The notes under the pieces were generated by a model. It searched no databases. It saw only the letters and a list, made by a program, of their open reading frames with translations, and had not been told where the DNA came from. DNA of 64,000 nucleotides from contig CAZLYC010000001.1 of NCBI GenBank assembly GCA_964563755.1, positions 203,548 through 267,547 of the forward strand. The letters run 5' to 3'. Origin of the DNA: an uncultured Methanosarcinales archaeon (GTDB taxonomy: Archaea; Nanobdellota; Nanobdellia; Woesearchaeales; UBA11576). The translations under genes were made by a program, and so were the position numbers. Positions 29,185 through 39,021 of the stretch are shown in pieces (position 1 is the first letter of the stretch; every line of letters begins with the position of its first letter).

Positions 29185-30360
29185 TCATTCTTTTTTCTTC
29201 CTATAAACTGCGAGGAAGATGTTTATCAGCGTCAAGAGTATGACTGCTATTATCAGTATAATGGTCAGCGAAGATGAACTGCTTAGGACACCTGGCTTTT
29301 CTTGCACTGCAGAAGCAGGGCCTATCTCTGGAGGAGTTGTAAGCTTTACCTTGCCATCCACAACCGCTTTCTTCTCAGCATAGAAAACTTCAATTTTTAC
29401 ATCATATTCCTTATCAGTAAATTTTGATGTATCTATGAAAGACTCTATATCCATAGTCTGCCATGGCTGAAGCTTCACAGTAGGGCTTTGCGTATTAACT
29501 TCATTTTCACCATCATAAATCTTTATCTTGGCGTATATATCAAGAGGATCATTCCAACCGCTTTCTACACTCACTATGAAACGTTTTATACCGCCAGTCT
29601 CAAGCTCTTTCGTATACCCTTTGATTTTGATGTTCAAATCACCTATCCTAAAGCTCGCATTGAGAACCGTTTCTATATTATCGCATCCTACGAATGCAGT
29701 AGCAGAATAGTTTCCAGGAAGAAGGCCTTTAGTGTCAAAAACACCTGTAAGACTCTCTTTGGAATTTGATGGGATGCTCTTTTCAGTCAGCGTGACAGTG
29801 CCAAGCCTTTCCTTGTTGATATTTAATACTTCTACCCTGCCAGATGCCTTGTTTATCTGTTCTAGACCAATATTCTCGATGTTCACAATAAAATTGGCAG
29901 GCGTATCCTGATTTGTATCCTTTGCAATGAAACTTATCAGGGGCATTATTCCGGGATGTAAAACTTTAAATGAATGCACTGCGCAGACGCTTGCCCTGCC
30001 GCAGACCATGCCTTGCTGCGGACACTCCTCTACAACACAAATCTTAGCGTAATGCTCTCCGGGAGGAGCTAAACTTGCTGGGAGATTTATTGTTCCAGAG
30101 ATTGTCTCCGCGGTGCCTTTTTCCATCCTGAACTCAGTTTTTGCGAAAGTTACGTACTGCTTTAGTTCGCCTTCTGCAAATACAGTATATAGATTATCAA
30201 CCCGTTGGTCTGAAAGAAGCACATAACTGAAAGGAATAGTGGTATCAGGGCTAAAAAGATGCTTTTCATTGAAATTAGCGCCAGAAAGACCTACAGCGTA
30301 AACAAAATTACTAGAAACTAGCACGATTAAACTTATAACTAGTAGATTAAAGATTTTCAT
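29185..30360 (-). CDS. Secreted protein with a cleavable signal peptide and a C-terminal TM anchor
   Basis: The N-terminus carries a signal-peptide-like hydrophobic stretch ending VYA. The C-terminus ends LTIILIIAVILLTLINIFLAVYRKKKE. Confidence 0.45.
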   Translation of the reverse strand: MKIFNLLVISLIVLVSSNFVYAVGLSGANFNEKHLFSPDTTIPFSYVLLSDQRVDNLYTVFAEGELKQYVTFAKTEFRMEKGTAETISGTINLPASLAPPGEHYAKICVVEECPQQGMVCGRASVCAVHSFKVLHPGIMPLISFIAKDTNQDTPANFIVNIENIGLEQINKASGRVEVLNINKERLGTVTLTEKSIPSNSKESLTGVFDTKGLLPGNYSATAFVGCDNIETVLNASFRIGDLNIKIKGYTKELETGGIKRFIVSVESGWNDPLDIYAKIKIYDGENEVNTQSPTVKLQPWQTMDIESFIDTSKFTDKEYDVKIEVFYAEKKAVVDGKVKLTTPPEIGPASAVQEKPGVLSSSSSLTIILIIAVILLTLINIFLAVYRKKKE

Positions 30361-30394
30361 TTTAAAAAAAAAGAAAAAAAGGAAAAAATTCCTT

Positions 30395-31096
30395 TTAGTA
30401 GTTCTGCGCTGCCGTGAATGTCACGAACGATGAGCAGTTTCCTGTAGGACCTTTCGGGACGTCCAATATGATTGTGACGTTGAATGTGTCCTTAGTATCT
30501 ACATCTGAAAGGTTCTCGCAGAGCAGTTCTGTGCTTGATGCGAATGGATGCGGGGTTGACAAATCTTGATTTGCCAAGTCGTTTGCTTCATTGTTGCATC
30601 CGCCAGTTGTACCGCCTACGTCAGGGTCTGTAATGACTTTTCCGCCCCAGTGGAAATAGTTGCCGTCTTCAAACGCGATAACTGTTGTTGAACCGTTGCA
30701 GCTACCAAAGAAGTTAGTTCCTGTTCTGGAAGCGTTTATAGTCACGTTGACCTGGATGTTTCCATCGTTCTCAACCTGGAAATCCCAAGGATCATATGTG
30801 CTTAATGCATACCAGCAGTCATGCTTTGGGTATGATGAGTTGAGCCTACACTCAATGGTATCAGCGATTGTCGCATTCCTATAGCCGGAACCGAAATCGA
30901 CCAACGCTTGGTTCAGTACTATTGAAAGCGTCGTGTTGATATAGACCTGCGCCTGACCGCTTGGAGCGACGGCTTGTCCTGTAACAACGTTTGTTATGGT
31001 AGTCACGCCCCTCATAGCGAAGAATGTGCCTGCCAAAGAAATAACTATAGCGACAACCAGTAATGTTGCCAATGTTTTATTAGATAGTTCATCCAT
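30395..31096 (-). CDS. Secreted sequon-rich protein (paralogue of 27982..28671)
   Basis: See 27982..28671. The 3' about 130 nt of the two genes are nearly identical at the DNA level. Confidence 0.55.
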   Translation of the reverse strand: MDELSNKTLATLLVVAIVISLAGTFFAMRGVTTITNVVTGQAVAPSGQAQVYINTTLSIVLNQALVDFGSGYRNATIADTIECRLNSSYPKHDCWYALSTYDPWDFQVENDGNIQVNVTINASRTGTNFFGSCNGSTTVIAFEDGNYFHWGGKVITDPDVGGTTGGCNNEANDLANQDLSTPHPFASSTELLCENLSDVDTKDTFNVTIILDVPKGPTGNCSSFVTFTAAQNY

Positions 31097-31111
31097 CTTT
31101 TCTAACCTCCT

Positions 31112-31348
31112 TTATTTGAGTATGCTTACGCCAACTCTGCCGCCAGTATTCTGGACAACAGGCTCTGTGGCCGTTGAAGGCCCTAAAATTCCTACACTGA
31201 CCTTTCCAGGTTCTTGATTATCGATCTCGACGTTCTTATAGATGGTTGTAGGCTGTGACAGTATTGTCCATGTTCCGACAACAGAAACGACGAGGGTGAG
31301 AACCAAGAGAACTAGAACTGTCCTTTTCGAAATATCATTGTTCTCCAT
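31112..31348 (-). CDS. Small signal-anchored protein (78 aa). Candidate minor pilin-like or anchoring subunit
   Basis: MENNDISKRTVLVLLVLTLVVSVV... First gene of the minus-strand surface operon. Confidence 0.35.
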   Translation of the reverse strand: MENNDISKRTVLVLLVLTLVVSVVGTWTILSQPTTIYKNVEIDNQEPGKVSVGILGPSTATEPVVQNTGGRVGVSILK

Positions 31349-31468
31349 CTTTCACTAACCTCCTTTTGGGACCGCCTTAAGAGGCTGTCTTACACTAAAA
31401 TACTATGATTAGAGGGCTTCTACCTCAAAATACTATTTAAATTTTTCGGTTGTAACCCCTGTTACGGA

Positions 31469-31481
31469 CTTACTGTGTAAG
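31469..31481. promoter_or_regulatory. CTTACTGTGTAAG palindrome (CTTAC-N3-GTAAG) in the promoter region of the surface-protein operon
   Basis: Same 13-bp palindrome family as the five copies at 45032..45204. Lies about 120 bp upstream of the 31348 start on the minus strand. Confidence 0.5.
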
Positions 31482-31540
31482 TCAGAGTGATTTCTTCGGA
31501 AAAAGAAGAAATGTTGAAGTTCACTGATGAGTGGTTATAC

Positions 31541-32320
31541 TTAATCATTTGGTTCAGAACTCGAAATACAATATGTCTCTAGTTTAGCATCTCCTTCTGG
31601 ACTTATCAAGCAATAGTGTCTGCAACCTTTTTCAGCAGAGGCATTAATATAAATTTTCCAAATACCTGTCTTCGTATCATATTTCCCTTCTTCTGTAAAA
31701 TCTCCTTTTTTAGCGCAGGAACTATCTTTTGCTTGTTCAACCGCTTCTTGGAATGAAATAACATTTTCTTCTACGCAGCAGAACTGAACAGGAACACCAA
31801 AACCAGTTTCACCTATGTTCTTTTCACCTTCTAAACAAGATGAATCACTGTCTTGAATTATGCCTCCACTTCTTATACATTCATCCATGCTTATTACAAT
31901 CTGTGACTTTTTTGATAATGATACAGATTTAACTTGCATATTTTCTATACTTAAGTAGCCCTCCATAGATTCTCGTTTTCTAATACTGCCTGCGTCATAG
32001 GAATAAGAAACAGGAAATTTTAGACAATCATAGCAATCTCCTTTTGATTCTGTTCCTATGCTTAAATACGAGCCATGTGATTTGTATTCTTCACTGTTTT
32101 CAACGTGTTCTTTAACAATATTTTTTGCTTGCTCCATCTCCGAGTAATTGAATTCTTTATATTTTTCAGTTCCTTTATCGGTTGTTTTGGCGTTTAAACT
32201 AATTTCACTCTTCTTTTCACATCCCGTTGCAATAAAAAGAATGAGAGCAATCAATATAGTAATAATCACAGATGTCCTCTTTTTTGAAAGCGAATTTTTA
32301 CGATCTTTTTTTTCTGACAT
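31541..32320 (-). CDS. Cys-rich lipoprotein-like secreted protein
   Basis: Lipobox-like LFIATGC after the TM segment. Cysteines are spread through the mature part. Confidence 0.4.
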   Translation of the reverse strand: MSEKKDRKNSLSKKRTSVIITILIALILFIATGCEKKSEISLNAKTTDKGTEKYKEFNYSEMEQAKNIVKEHVENSEEYKSHGSYLSIGTESKGDCYDCLKFPVSYSYDAGSIRKRESMEGYLSIENMQVKSVSLSKKSQIVISMDECIRSGGIIQDSDSSCLEGEKNIGETGFGVPVQFCCVEENVISFQEAVEQAKDSSCAKKGDFTEEGKYDTKTGIWKIYINASAEKGCRHYCLISPEGDAKLETYCISSSEPND

Positions 32321-32370
32321 GATAGTTTATCCCAAACACATTTTTAATTCTTTTTTTAGTCCTGTTTAAA

Positions 32371-35300
32371 TTATATTTCTCTAATCTTCTGCTGCAAATA
32401 ATCAATCTCTGTTCTGAGTTGTGAGAGTTCCTCTTGCTGTCTTGCCTGTTCCTCAACCAGTTTTATTCTCTTTACATTCTGCAGGTCTATATCTTTTTGC
32501 TGTGTTTTCAGCAGTTCAAGCACGTATATAGGTATCCTATATTTCAGATGAATAGAATCAGGCCTGCTCTGATTGTCGTAAATGACGAGCTCTCTTAGAC
32601 CAAGAGCATCCAGTTCTTCAGCGATATAACCAAAAGACTCTTTCGTATCACTTTCTGGTGAACCAGGTCTCTCTTCAACAAATCCTGTTCCATCATCATT
32701 AGTTATATTAAACAATTCAACACCAGTATCACCTTTCTCTTTGAATGCCTTTGGCTCAATATCAAGCAACCTTGAAAAGTCCCTGTCTAAACTAGTTATA
32801 TTCTCCTTAAACCTTTCAGAGGATATCAGTGCTCCTCCAACAAGGTAATATCCTGTACTTCTCCATCTTACATCTTGTTGATTTCCGCTACCAGTAGTGC
32901 CAGGATTATAATAAAAACTCCCGTCCACCTCCAGATTGTACCTTGTATATAAGCAGCCGGTGCAGTCTGCAGGTAGAAATGATATCGATGCACTTCCTAC
33001 AACCATCTCCTGGCAGGATACATCTAATGACCTATATGCTGTTGAGCTGGATTGACCCTCTATGGCAACTTGGTTGCTGTAAGCATACACTCCGTCTGCA
33101 TTTGAGTAAGCACCATACGCATAATTGGAAGTATTGTACCTGCCATATACTGTACTAGTTGTGGTGTATGGAGCATAACCATATATGTTACCGTCATTTA
33201 CATTAACGCCTCTGCTGTATGTTCCATTCGCAACAATTCCATGATTATAATCGTCCCCTACAGCATAACCATACACACCATAATTAGTTCCTGAGGTTTC
33301 AGTCGCATCTCCGCGCACAGCATAACACGTACCGGCCGAATATTGAGGTAACCTCGTATTTGTATTTGACTGGTCAGCATATACTATGTATGTATTTGAT
33401 GGGCTACTGCCTCCATCAGTCACAGCAAGTCTTGTTCCAGGCACACCATTAGTAACACCCATACCAACATAACCGCTACCATCAACTATCAGCCTGTCTG
33501 AATCAGCCTCCCCGACATATAAATTACCAAGCACTTCAATCACACCTCCCCCGGTGTATATCGCTTTTTCACAATACATCCTGATCCATGTAGAATCTTC
33601 CATGTTCCAGCCAGCGCAAGCATTCTCTATGTAGAAACCTGCAGAGCCTGAAACATCCACCCGTCCATTGACATAGATGTCACCATTGACAGAAAGCGCA
33701 TAGTCAGGGGTTGTGTTTCTTATGCCTATCTGGCCATCTATGGTCATAACTTCTGTGCCATACTGATAAATTGCCAGATTATCCTGATTTGCATCGTTAT
33801 CGATACCTATCTCCAGCTCAGTATTCTCTCCTCCTCCGTCATTCTTGTATCGTATATATGCCTCATCCCATCCTCCACCCCATGGATCAGTGCCGAAATG
33901 GATCTCAGAATCAGTTCCATCCCACAGATCAATGAAACCATCTGTATCTTCCATGTCAAGCCACTTCGAAGAGTGTATAGAACCATCCCTCACGCTAAGA
34001 GCGATTTTTGCGTTAGTGTCAGGAGTGTCTGCATTTCCATTATTGGCCGGCGGAAGCGTATCGCTGAATATACTGACCCAGCCGTCAGCGACAAAAGAAA
34101 GTGTCCAGCCGCTGATGCCCATAGCATAAGTATTCGCATAAAGGCCGAGTTTCCATCCGCCTGAGGGAGTCGCGTAAGGAGGCGTTGATGTTATCGGAGC
34201 ATCACCTGCAAGGTCTATGTAGCCATTCACATCTAGGTAGTTGCTAGGTGTGTTCGTCTGAATGCCCACTTTTCCTAGAATTGTGACATTTCCGTCTGAA
34301 GCTATTCCATTTCCGGAGTCTACAAATACTCCTCCTGGTCCGACAAAAAGACCATTGCCTATATACATGTCATTACCGACCTGAGCATTATCTGAAACAT
34401 CAAGAGTGCTTGACGCCAAACTTCCTATGTTGGCTGCGGAGGATTCGAGACCTGTAAGCTCTATTATCGACAGGCCGTCATCAGAATAGCTTGTTGCATA
34501 TATGTATTTGCCCGAAACATAAATATCGTTTACCTCATCGAGTGTTGTTGCAGAACCTGCTCCCTCTGGCGATTCTGTGTCTTTTATCACTCCTGCCTGT
34601 CTTGGTCGAGTCACGTTGGAAACGTCTATTATCGTAATGCTGTCCGAAGTTGAGCATGCTAAATATGCATAATTACCTGACACCACTATGGATCTAGGCG
34701 ACTGGATATTTGTTGTAGAATCATCACTCAAATTCCCAACTTCTACAGGGTTGGTAGGATTTGAGATGTTCACTATTGATATAGCATTATCACTTGTGGA
34801 AGCCACATACGCATACGAACCAGATACATAAACTCCGAATGGTCCATTGAGTCTTTTATTCAAGTCGTCTTGTATGTACCCGACTTCTACAGGGTTGGCA
34901 GGATTTGAAATGTTTATTATAGAAAGCCCAGCATCATTATATGCGGCAACATAAGCGAAATCCCCTGATACATACACTCCTCTTGCACCCTCAAGCGTGG
35001 TGGCAGTCCCGCCAAATTCCGAGTCATTGATGTGGCTCACTTCAAAGGGGCTGTTCGGGTTCGATACGTCTATTATGTAAAGGCCTCCGCTTGTGCCACC
35101 ATATCCTCCAGTCACGTACGCATACTTACTGGAAACATAAACTGAAGAAAGCTGTAATGGGATGTAAAGCGAGCCAGCAATCCTGAGTGTCGAAGGGTTC
35201 GATATATCTATTATGGTAAGCCTGTTTGAAATCCAACTCGTTACATAAGCGAATCTTCCTGCCACGTAAACATCTTGAGCACCATTCAGGTATGCATGCG

Positions 35301-35793
35301 TCAAATTTCCAACCATGCTCGGTCTTTTCGGATCGGATATATCTATCACTGAAAAACTGTCATCGAAGTAACCTGCAACATAAGCATATCTGCCCCTGAC
35401 ATAAAAGTAATTTGCCCCGTCAAGCAAAGCTTCAGTGCCGCCTTCAGGCGATGAAGTGTCCCTCAAATATGCTATTTCGGTCATGTTTATTCTTGACAGG
35501 TTGATTCCGCGGCTCCCATTCACATCTAAAGAACTCTTCGGTGCAAGCGTTCCTATTCCTGCGAAATCATTTGCTGTGTCTATATACAATGAATCACCTA
35601 TCTTAAGGTTGTCTCCGCCGATGGTGTTTATGTAGTGTGTCTTTGCTGAGACAAACGATGCAAAAATAATGATTGATAACAAGAGAACAAATAACCTTGC
35701 AAAATTCAAAATATCTGAAACATCGCGCTTTGTTTTTCCAAGTCGATCTTTTTGTTGTCTTGTCATTTTAAACTCATTATGGGAGAGCAGCAA
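32371..35793 (-). CDS. Large secreted fibre-like protein with an LVIVD beta-propeller and a C-terminal S74-like intramolecular chaperone domain
   Basis: Signal peptide (likely start at the internal MTRQQ). Seven LVIVD repeats (YAYVA...GLSIIDISNP.NPVEVG). A central Trp/Gly-rich fibre domain. The C-terminus has SSERFKENI...FGYIAEELDALG plus a coiled coil. Confidence 0.7.
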   Translation of the reverse strand: MLLSHNEFKMTRQQKDRLGKTKRDVSDILNFARLFVLLLSIIIFASFVSAKTHYINTIGGDNLKIGDSLYIDTANDFAGIGTLAPKSSLDVNGSRGINLSRINMTEIAYLRDTSSPEGGTEALLDGANYFYVRGRYAYVAGYFDDSFSVIDISDPKRPSMVGNLTHAYLNGAQDVYVAGRFAYVTSWISNRLTIIDISNPSTLRIAGSLYIPLQLSSVYVSSKYAYVTGGYGGTSGGLYIIDVSNPNSPFEVSHINDSEFGGTATTLEGARGVYVSGDFAYVAAYNDAGLSIINISNPANPVEVGYIQDDLNKRLNGPFGVYVSGSYAYVASTSDNAISIVNISNPTNPVEVGNLSDDSTTNIQSPRSIVVSGNYAYLACSTSDSITIIDVSNVTRPRQAGVIKDTESPEGAGSATTLDEVNDIYVSGKYIYATSYSDDGLSIIELTGLESSAANIGSLASSTLDVSDNAQVGNDMYIGNGLFVGPGGVFVDSGNGIASDGNVTILGKVGIQTNTPSNYLDVNGYIDLAGDAPITSTPPYATPSGGWKLGLYANTYAMGISGWTLSFVADGWVSIFSDTLPPANNGNADTPDTNAKIALSVRDGSIHSSKWLDMEDTDGFIDLWDGTDSEIHFGTDPWGGGWDEAYIRYKNDGGGENTELEIGIDNDANQDNLAIYQYGTEVMTIDGQIGIRNTTPDYALSVNGDIYVNGRVDVSGSAGFYIENACAGWNMEDSTWIRMYCEKAIYTGGGVIEVLGNLYVGEADSDRLIVDGSGYVGMGVTNGVPGTRLAVTDGGSSPSNTYIVYADQSNTNTRLPQYSAGTCYAVRGDATETSGTNYGVYGYAVGDDYNHGIVANGTYSRGVNVNDGNIYGYAPYTTTSTVYGRYNTSNYAYGAYSNADGVYAYSNQVAIEGQSSSTAYRSLDVSCQEMVVGSASISFLPADCTGCLYTRYNLEVDGSFYYNPGTTGSGNQQDVRWRSTGYYLVGGALISSERFKENITSLDRDFSRLLDIEPKAFKEKGDTGVELFNITNDDGTGFVEERPGSPESDTKESFGYIAEELDALGLRELVIYDNQSRPDSIHLKYRIPIYVLELLKTQQKDIDLQNVKRIKLVEEQARQQEELSQLRTEIDYLQQKIREI

Positions 35794-38700
35794 GCCTCAC
35801 CTTGATATCTTCTATTTCTTTTTCTAATTCAGACATTTCCTGTTCAGTAACATTGACTAAATTATCAATAATTTTATCAAATGTTTTTAATTCATCAATT
35901 TCATTTTTTCCTGCAGCAATATCCTTATTCTGCTCTTTTAAAACCTCTACCTCGTAAATCGGGAGCTTGTCATATTTTACAGTGTACGGAAGACTTTCAT
36001 TGTCATATTCAACAAGTTTTTCAAGTCCAATCAGATCAACACTTTCCGCTAAATATCCCATATCCCATTCATGCCCTTCTTTGTAGTTAAAGGATATTGG
36101 TTCCATTATCAATACCTTAGAAAAGTCGTCTTCAAAAGGAACAATGTCTTTTTTGTACCTTGCTGATGAACTTGACCTATAGAGATATTGACCTGTTGTT
36201 GCGTAATAGACAGGATACCCGCTGGCGCAACTGTCAGTGTTAAGATATGAAAGATAAAGATACCCGTCAACTTCCAATGAACCGCTTGCATACATATCTC
36301 CATTGTTAGTTATATCTCCAGAATCAGGTGCTCCGGAGTTAGTCACTCTTACATGACCTCCATAGAAATATCCTGCCAAGCCAGCTCCTGCAGAGCTTGT
36401 ATATATTCCATAAGTACTACCTAGAGCAACCATACCTGTTCCACCATTAACATCGTCAGCTAAAAAGAGATAATTCGAACCCTGCTGGAAAATAGCTCCA
36501 CTTCCATATATTGCTCCGCCAAGAACGGCCATCCTAATTGTACCATCACCCAGGTTGTATCCTATGAATCCTGCAGTGGATCCACTACCAAAAACACCAT
36601 AATCTGTCGTGCCTCCTGTCGCATAACCATATATGCCGTATGCAGTTGTTTCTCCTGCAGCATAAGCATTTATGCCTCTATCATAGTACCCGTCATCATA
36701 GCCTGCATGCGCATAACATCCGGCACTGCCTTGAGAATAAAGCGTGTCATTCACCGCTCCTGCTCCATTTATTGCGAGCAAAGCAGTTGGACTAGTAACA
36801 CCACCAATTCCAGTTTTGCCATCGGATTTAACTATGAACCTGCTTCCGCTTGAACCAACATAAAGCTCATTATCTGTGCGTAACTGTCTATCAGTCGTAT
36901 CTCCTCTATGATAGACGTTCTGAACGCTTCCTGTCGTCTGTATCCAGTTAGGGTCAGTCATTATCCATCCGCCGTCATACGTGCTGAACCTGAGAGCATT
37001 AGCTCCTGCAATCCTGAGCCATCCGGGTGTAACGAAAACATTCTCGTTTACATGGAGCGCATAGCCTGCCGTAGGAGACTCAGTGTGCATGCCTACAACG
37101 CCGCTCTGTATCGTCAGCCTGTCAGCGCCTGAATTGTAAAGAGCAATATCATCATCTGCATCATTCGATGTACCTATCTGCAGCTCAGTAGTCTCTCCTC
37201 CTCCATAATTTTTGTAAACTATCCAAGCTTCATCATAACCACCGCCCCAGGGGTCAGTACCAAAATGAATAGTCGATCCAGTTCCATTCCAAAGATCAAT
37301 GTATCCTGTAGGTCTCTCCCTATCGACAAGCTTCCTTGAGAAAATTTTACCGTCCATCTTGAAAGCAACATTCGAGTTTGAGTCAGGCACATTTGCATTA
37401 GCATTGTCTGCAGGAAGAGTGCTGGAATTGAAAATGCTCCACCAGTAGCCATATAACGCAAGAGTATATTCTGCAACTCCTAATGCGTACCCGTTGCTCC
37501 AGAACCCTAACTTCCATCCAACATTTGTGCTTGCCATCGGAGGAGCGGAAGTTATGCTATCGGAACCAGCAGCCTCAATGAAACCGTTCACATCAAGAGT
37601 GTTATTGTGAGTCTGCGTATTGACAGATATGCTGCCCCAAACAGTCATGTTTCCATCTGACGCTATGCCGTTTCCAGCATCAGCATACAATCCGCCAGGA
37701 CCGACAAAAAGACCATTGCCGACATACATATCGTTACCTACTTGAGTATTATCTGAAACATCTAAATTATCCGTCGCAAGGTCACCTATGCTTGCTGCGT
37801 CTGTGCCTATTGATGGCATTGAAAGTACTAAAATCTTTGCGCCAGTGGTTAATATGTAAACATATTTTCCAGAAACCTCTAACTTGCTGTAACTATCAGT
37901 ATCTGGGTGGATGTAACTTCCTATTAATCTAATATTGCTGACATTCGAGATGTCAAACAAATGAATATAACTTGTAAATACCTTGCTGGAAATCACTAAC
38001 GCATATTTTCCATAAACAACAACTTTTTTTGGGTTCTCAAGCAATGCGTTTGAGTATGTGCCAACTAACTGCGGCGAAGAGGGATTAGATATGTTAAGTA
38101 TCGATATGCTGAACTTGTTTGCGGCAGTAACATACGCATACGACCCAGATACATATAAACTATTTGCGCCATCCAGATTGTTAGTATCAGTATAATTTCC
38201 AACATAAACAGGATTCAGCGGATTCGATACATCAATGATTGTAACAAAATCATAATCGTATGAAGAAACATATGCATATCTTCCCTGTACTTTTATGTCT
38301 GAAGCACTCAAACTGTCATACTGCATCGAATTTGCCATCTTTGGATTTGAAGAATTCGAGATATCAATTATATTCAAATAATCATATGTAGGAACATACG
38401 CGTATCTTCCAGACATATATAAACTTCCAGCGCTTGATCCGGAAATAAGCCTGCTATCATTCCGGTATTGACCGACAATACGTGGCGCAGAAGGATTAGA
38501 GATGTCAGTTATGACAAGCTTACCTTCACTGGCGGTAGAAAGAGAATATGCATACTTTCCATGCACCTCAAGTTTTTCAGGATACATCAGTCCAACATCG
38601 AACAGTCTTCCAACTATGTTCACAAAAGCAGGATTAGATATATCCAGGATGTATAGATTAGTATAAACACCGACATAAAGGTACTTTCCTTGTATTGCTG

Positions 38701-39019
38701 TCCCTCTGTGCGCATTAATGTCTGGGAAATATTTTGAAGATACATGCGTCAGGTTGTAAGGAGTGACAATCATCCCCCTGCTGCCGTTGACGTGGAGGTC
38801 TGCTTTTGGCGCAGTGGTCTTTATGCCGACTCTGTTGTTCGTCTCATCTATGAATATGTTGTCATTGCCTATGCTTATGTTGTTGCCGCTTATCGAGTTC
38901 AGGTAATCCGTGCCTGCGATGGCGAATGATGCAAGCAAGATAAGGATTGTCAAACATAATATTAGCGCTTTCGCTCTTGAATCACTTTTTTCCTGTCCGT
39001 GATGCTTTTTTTTATTCAT
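35777..39019 (-). CDS. Large secreted fibre-like protein, LVIVD beta-propeller plus S74-like C-terminal domain (paralogue)
   Basis: Same architecture as 32371..35793. The C-terminus has SSSARYKKDI...MGYLAESVDLIG. Confidence 0.7.
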   Translation of the reverse strand: MNKKKHHGQEKSDSRAKALILCLTILILLASFAIAGTDYLNSISGNNISIGNDNIFIDETNNRVGIKTTAPKADLHVNGSRGMIVTPYNLTHVSSKYFPDINAHRGTAIQGKYLYVGVYTNLYILDISNPAFVNIVGRLFDVGLMYPEKLEVHGKYAYSLSTASEGKLVITDISNPSAPRIVGQYRNDSRLISGSSAGSLYMSGRYAYVPTYDYLNIIDISNSSNPKMANSMQYDSLSASDIKVQGRYAYVSSYDYDFVTIIDVSNPLNPVYVGNYTDTNNLDGANSLYVSGSYAYVTAANKFSISILNISNPSSPQLVGTYSNALLENPKKVVVYGKYALVISSKVFTSYIHLFDISNVSNIRLIGSYIHPDTDSYSKLEVSGKYVYILTTGAKILVLSMPSIGTDAASIGDLATDNLDVSDNTQVGNDMYVGNGLFVGPGGLYADAGNGIASDGNMTVWGSISVNTQTHNNTLDVNGFIEAAGSDSITSAPPMASTNVGWKLGFWSNGYALGVAEYTLALYGYWWSIFNSSTLPADNANANVPDSNSNVAFKMDGKIFSRKLVDRERPTGYIDLWNGTGSTIHFGTDPWGGGYDEAWIVYKNYGGGETTELQIGTSNDADDDIALYNSGADRLTIQSGVVGMHTESPTAGYALHVNENVFVTPGWLRIAGANALRFSTYDGGWIMTDPNWIQTTGSVQNVYHRGDTTDRQLRTDNELYVGSSGSRFIVKSDGKTGIGGVTSPTALLAINGAGAVNDTLYSQGSAGCYAHAGYDDGYYDRGINAYAAGETTAYGIYGYATGGTTDYGVFGSGSTAGFIGYNLGDGTIRMAVLGGAIYGSGAIFQQGSNYLFLADDVNGGTGMVALGSTYGIYTSSAGAGLAGYFYGGHVRVTNSGAPDSGDITNNGDMYASGSLEVDGYLYLSYLNTDSCASGYPVYYATTGQYLYRSSSSARYKKDIVPFEDDFSKVLIMEPISFNYKEGHEWDMGYLAESVDLIGLEKLVEYDNESLPYTVKYDKLPIYEVEVLKEQNKDIAAGKNEIDELKTFDKIIDNLVNVTEQEMSELEKEIEDIKVRLAALP

Positions 39020-39021
39020 TT

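Noticed and set aside
27982-31348. Calling the small secreted proteins bona fide archaeal type IV pilins
   Set aside because: The N-termini are hydrophobic signal-anchors but lack a clear K/R-G prepilin-peptidase cleavage motif. They are kept as pilin-like candidates only.
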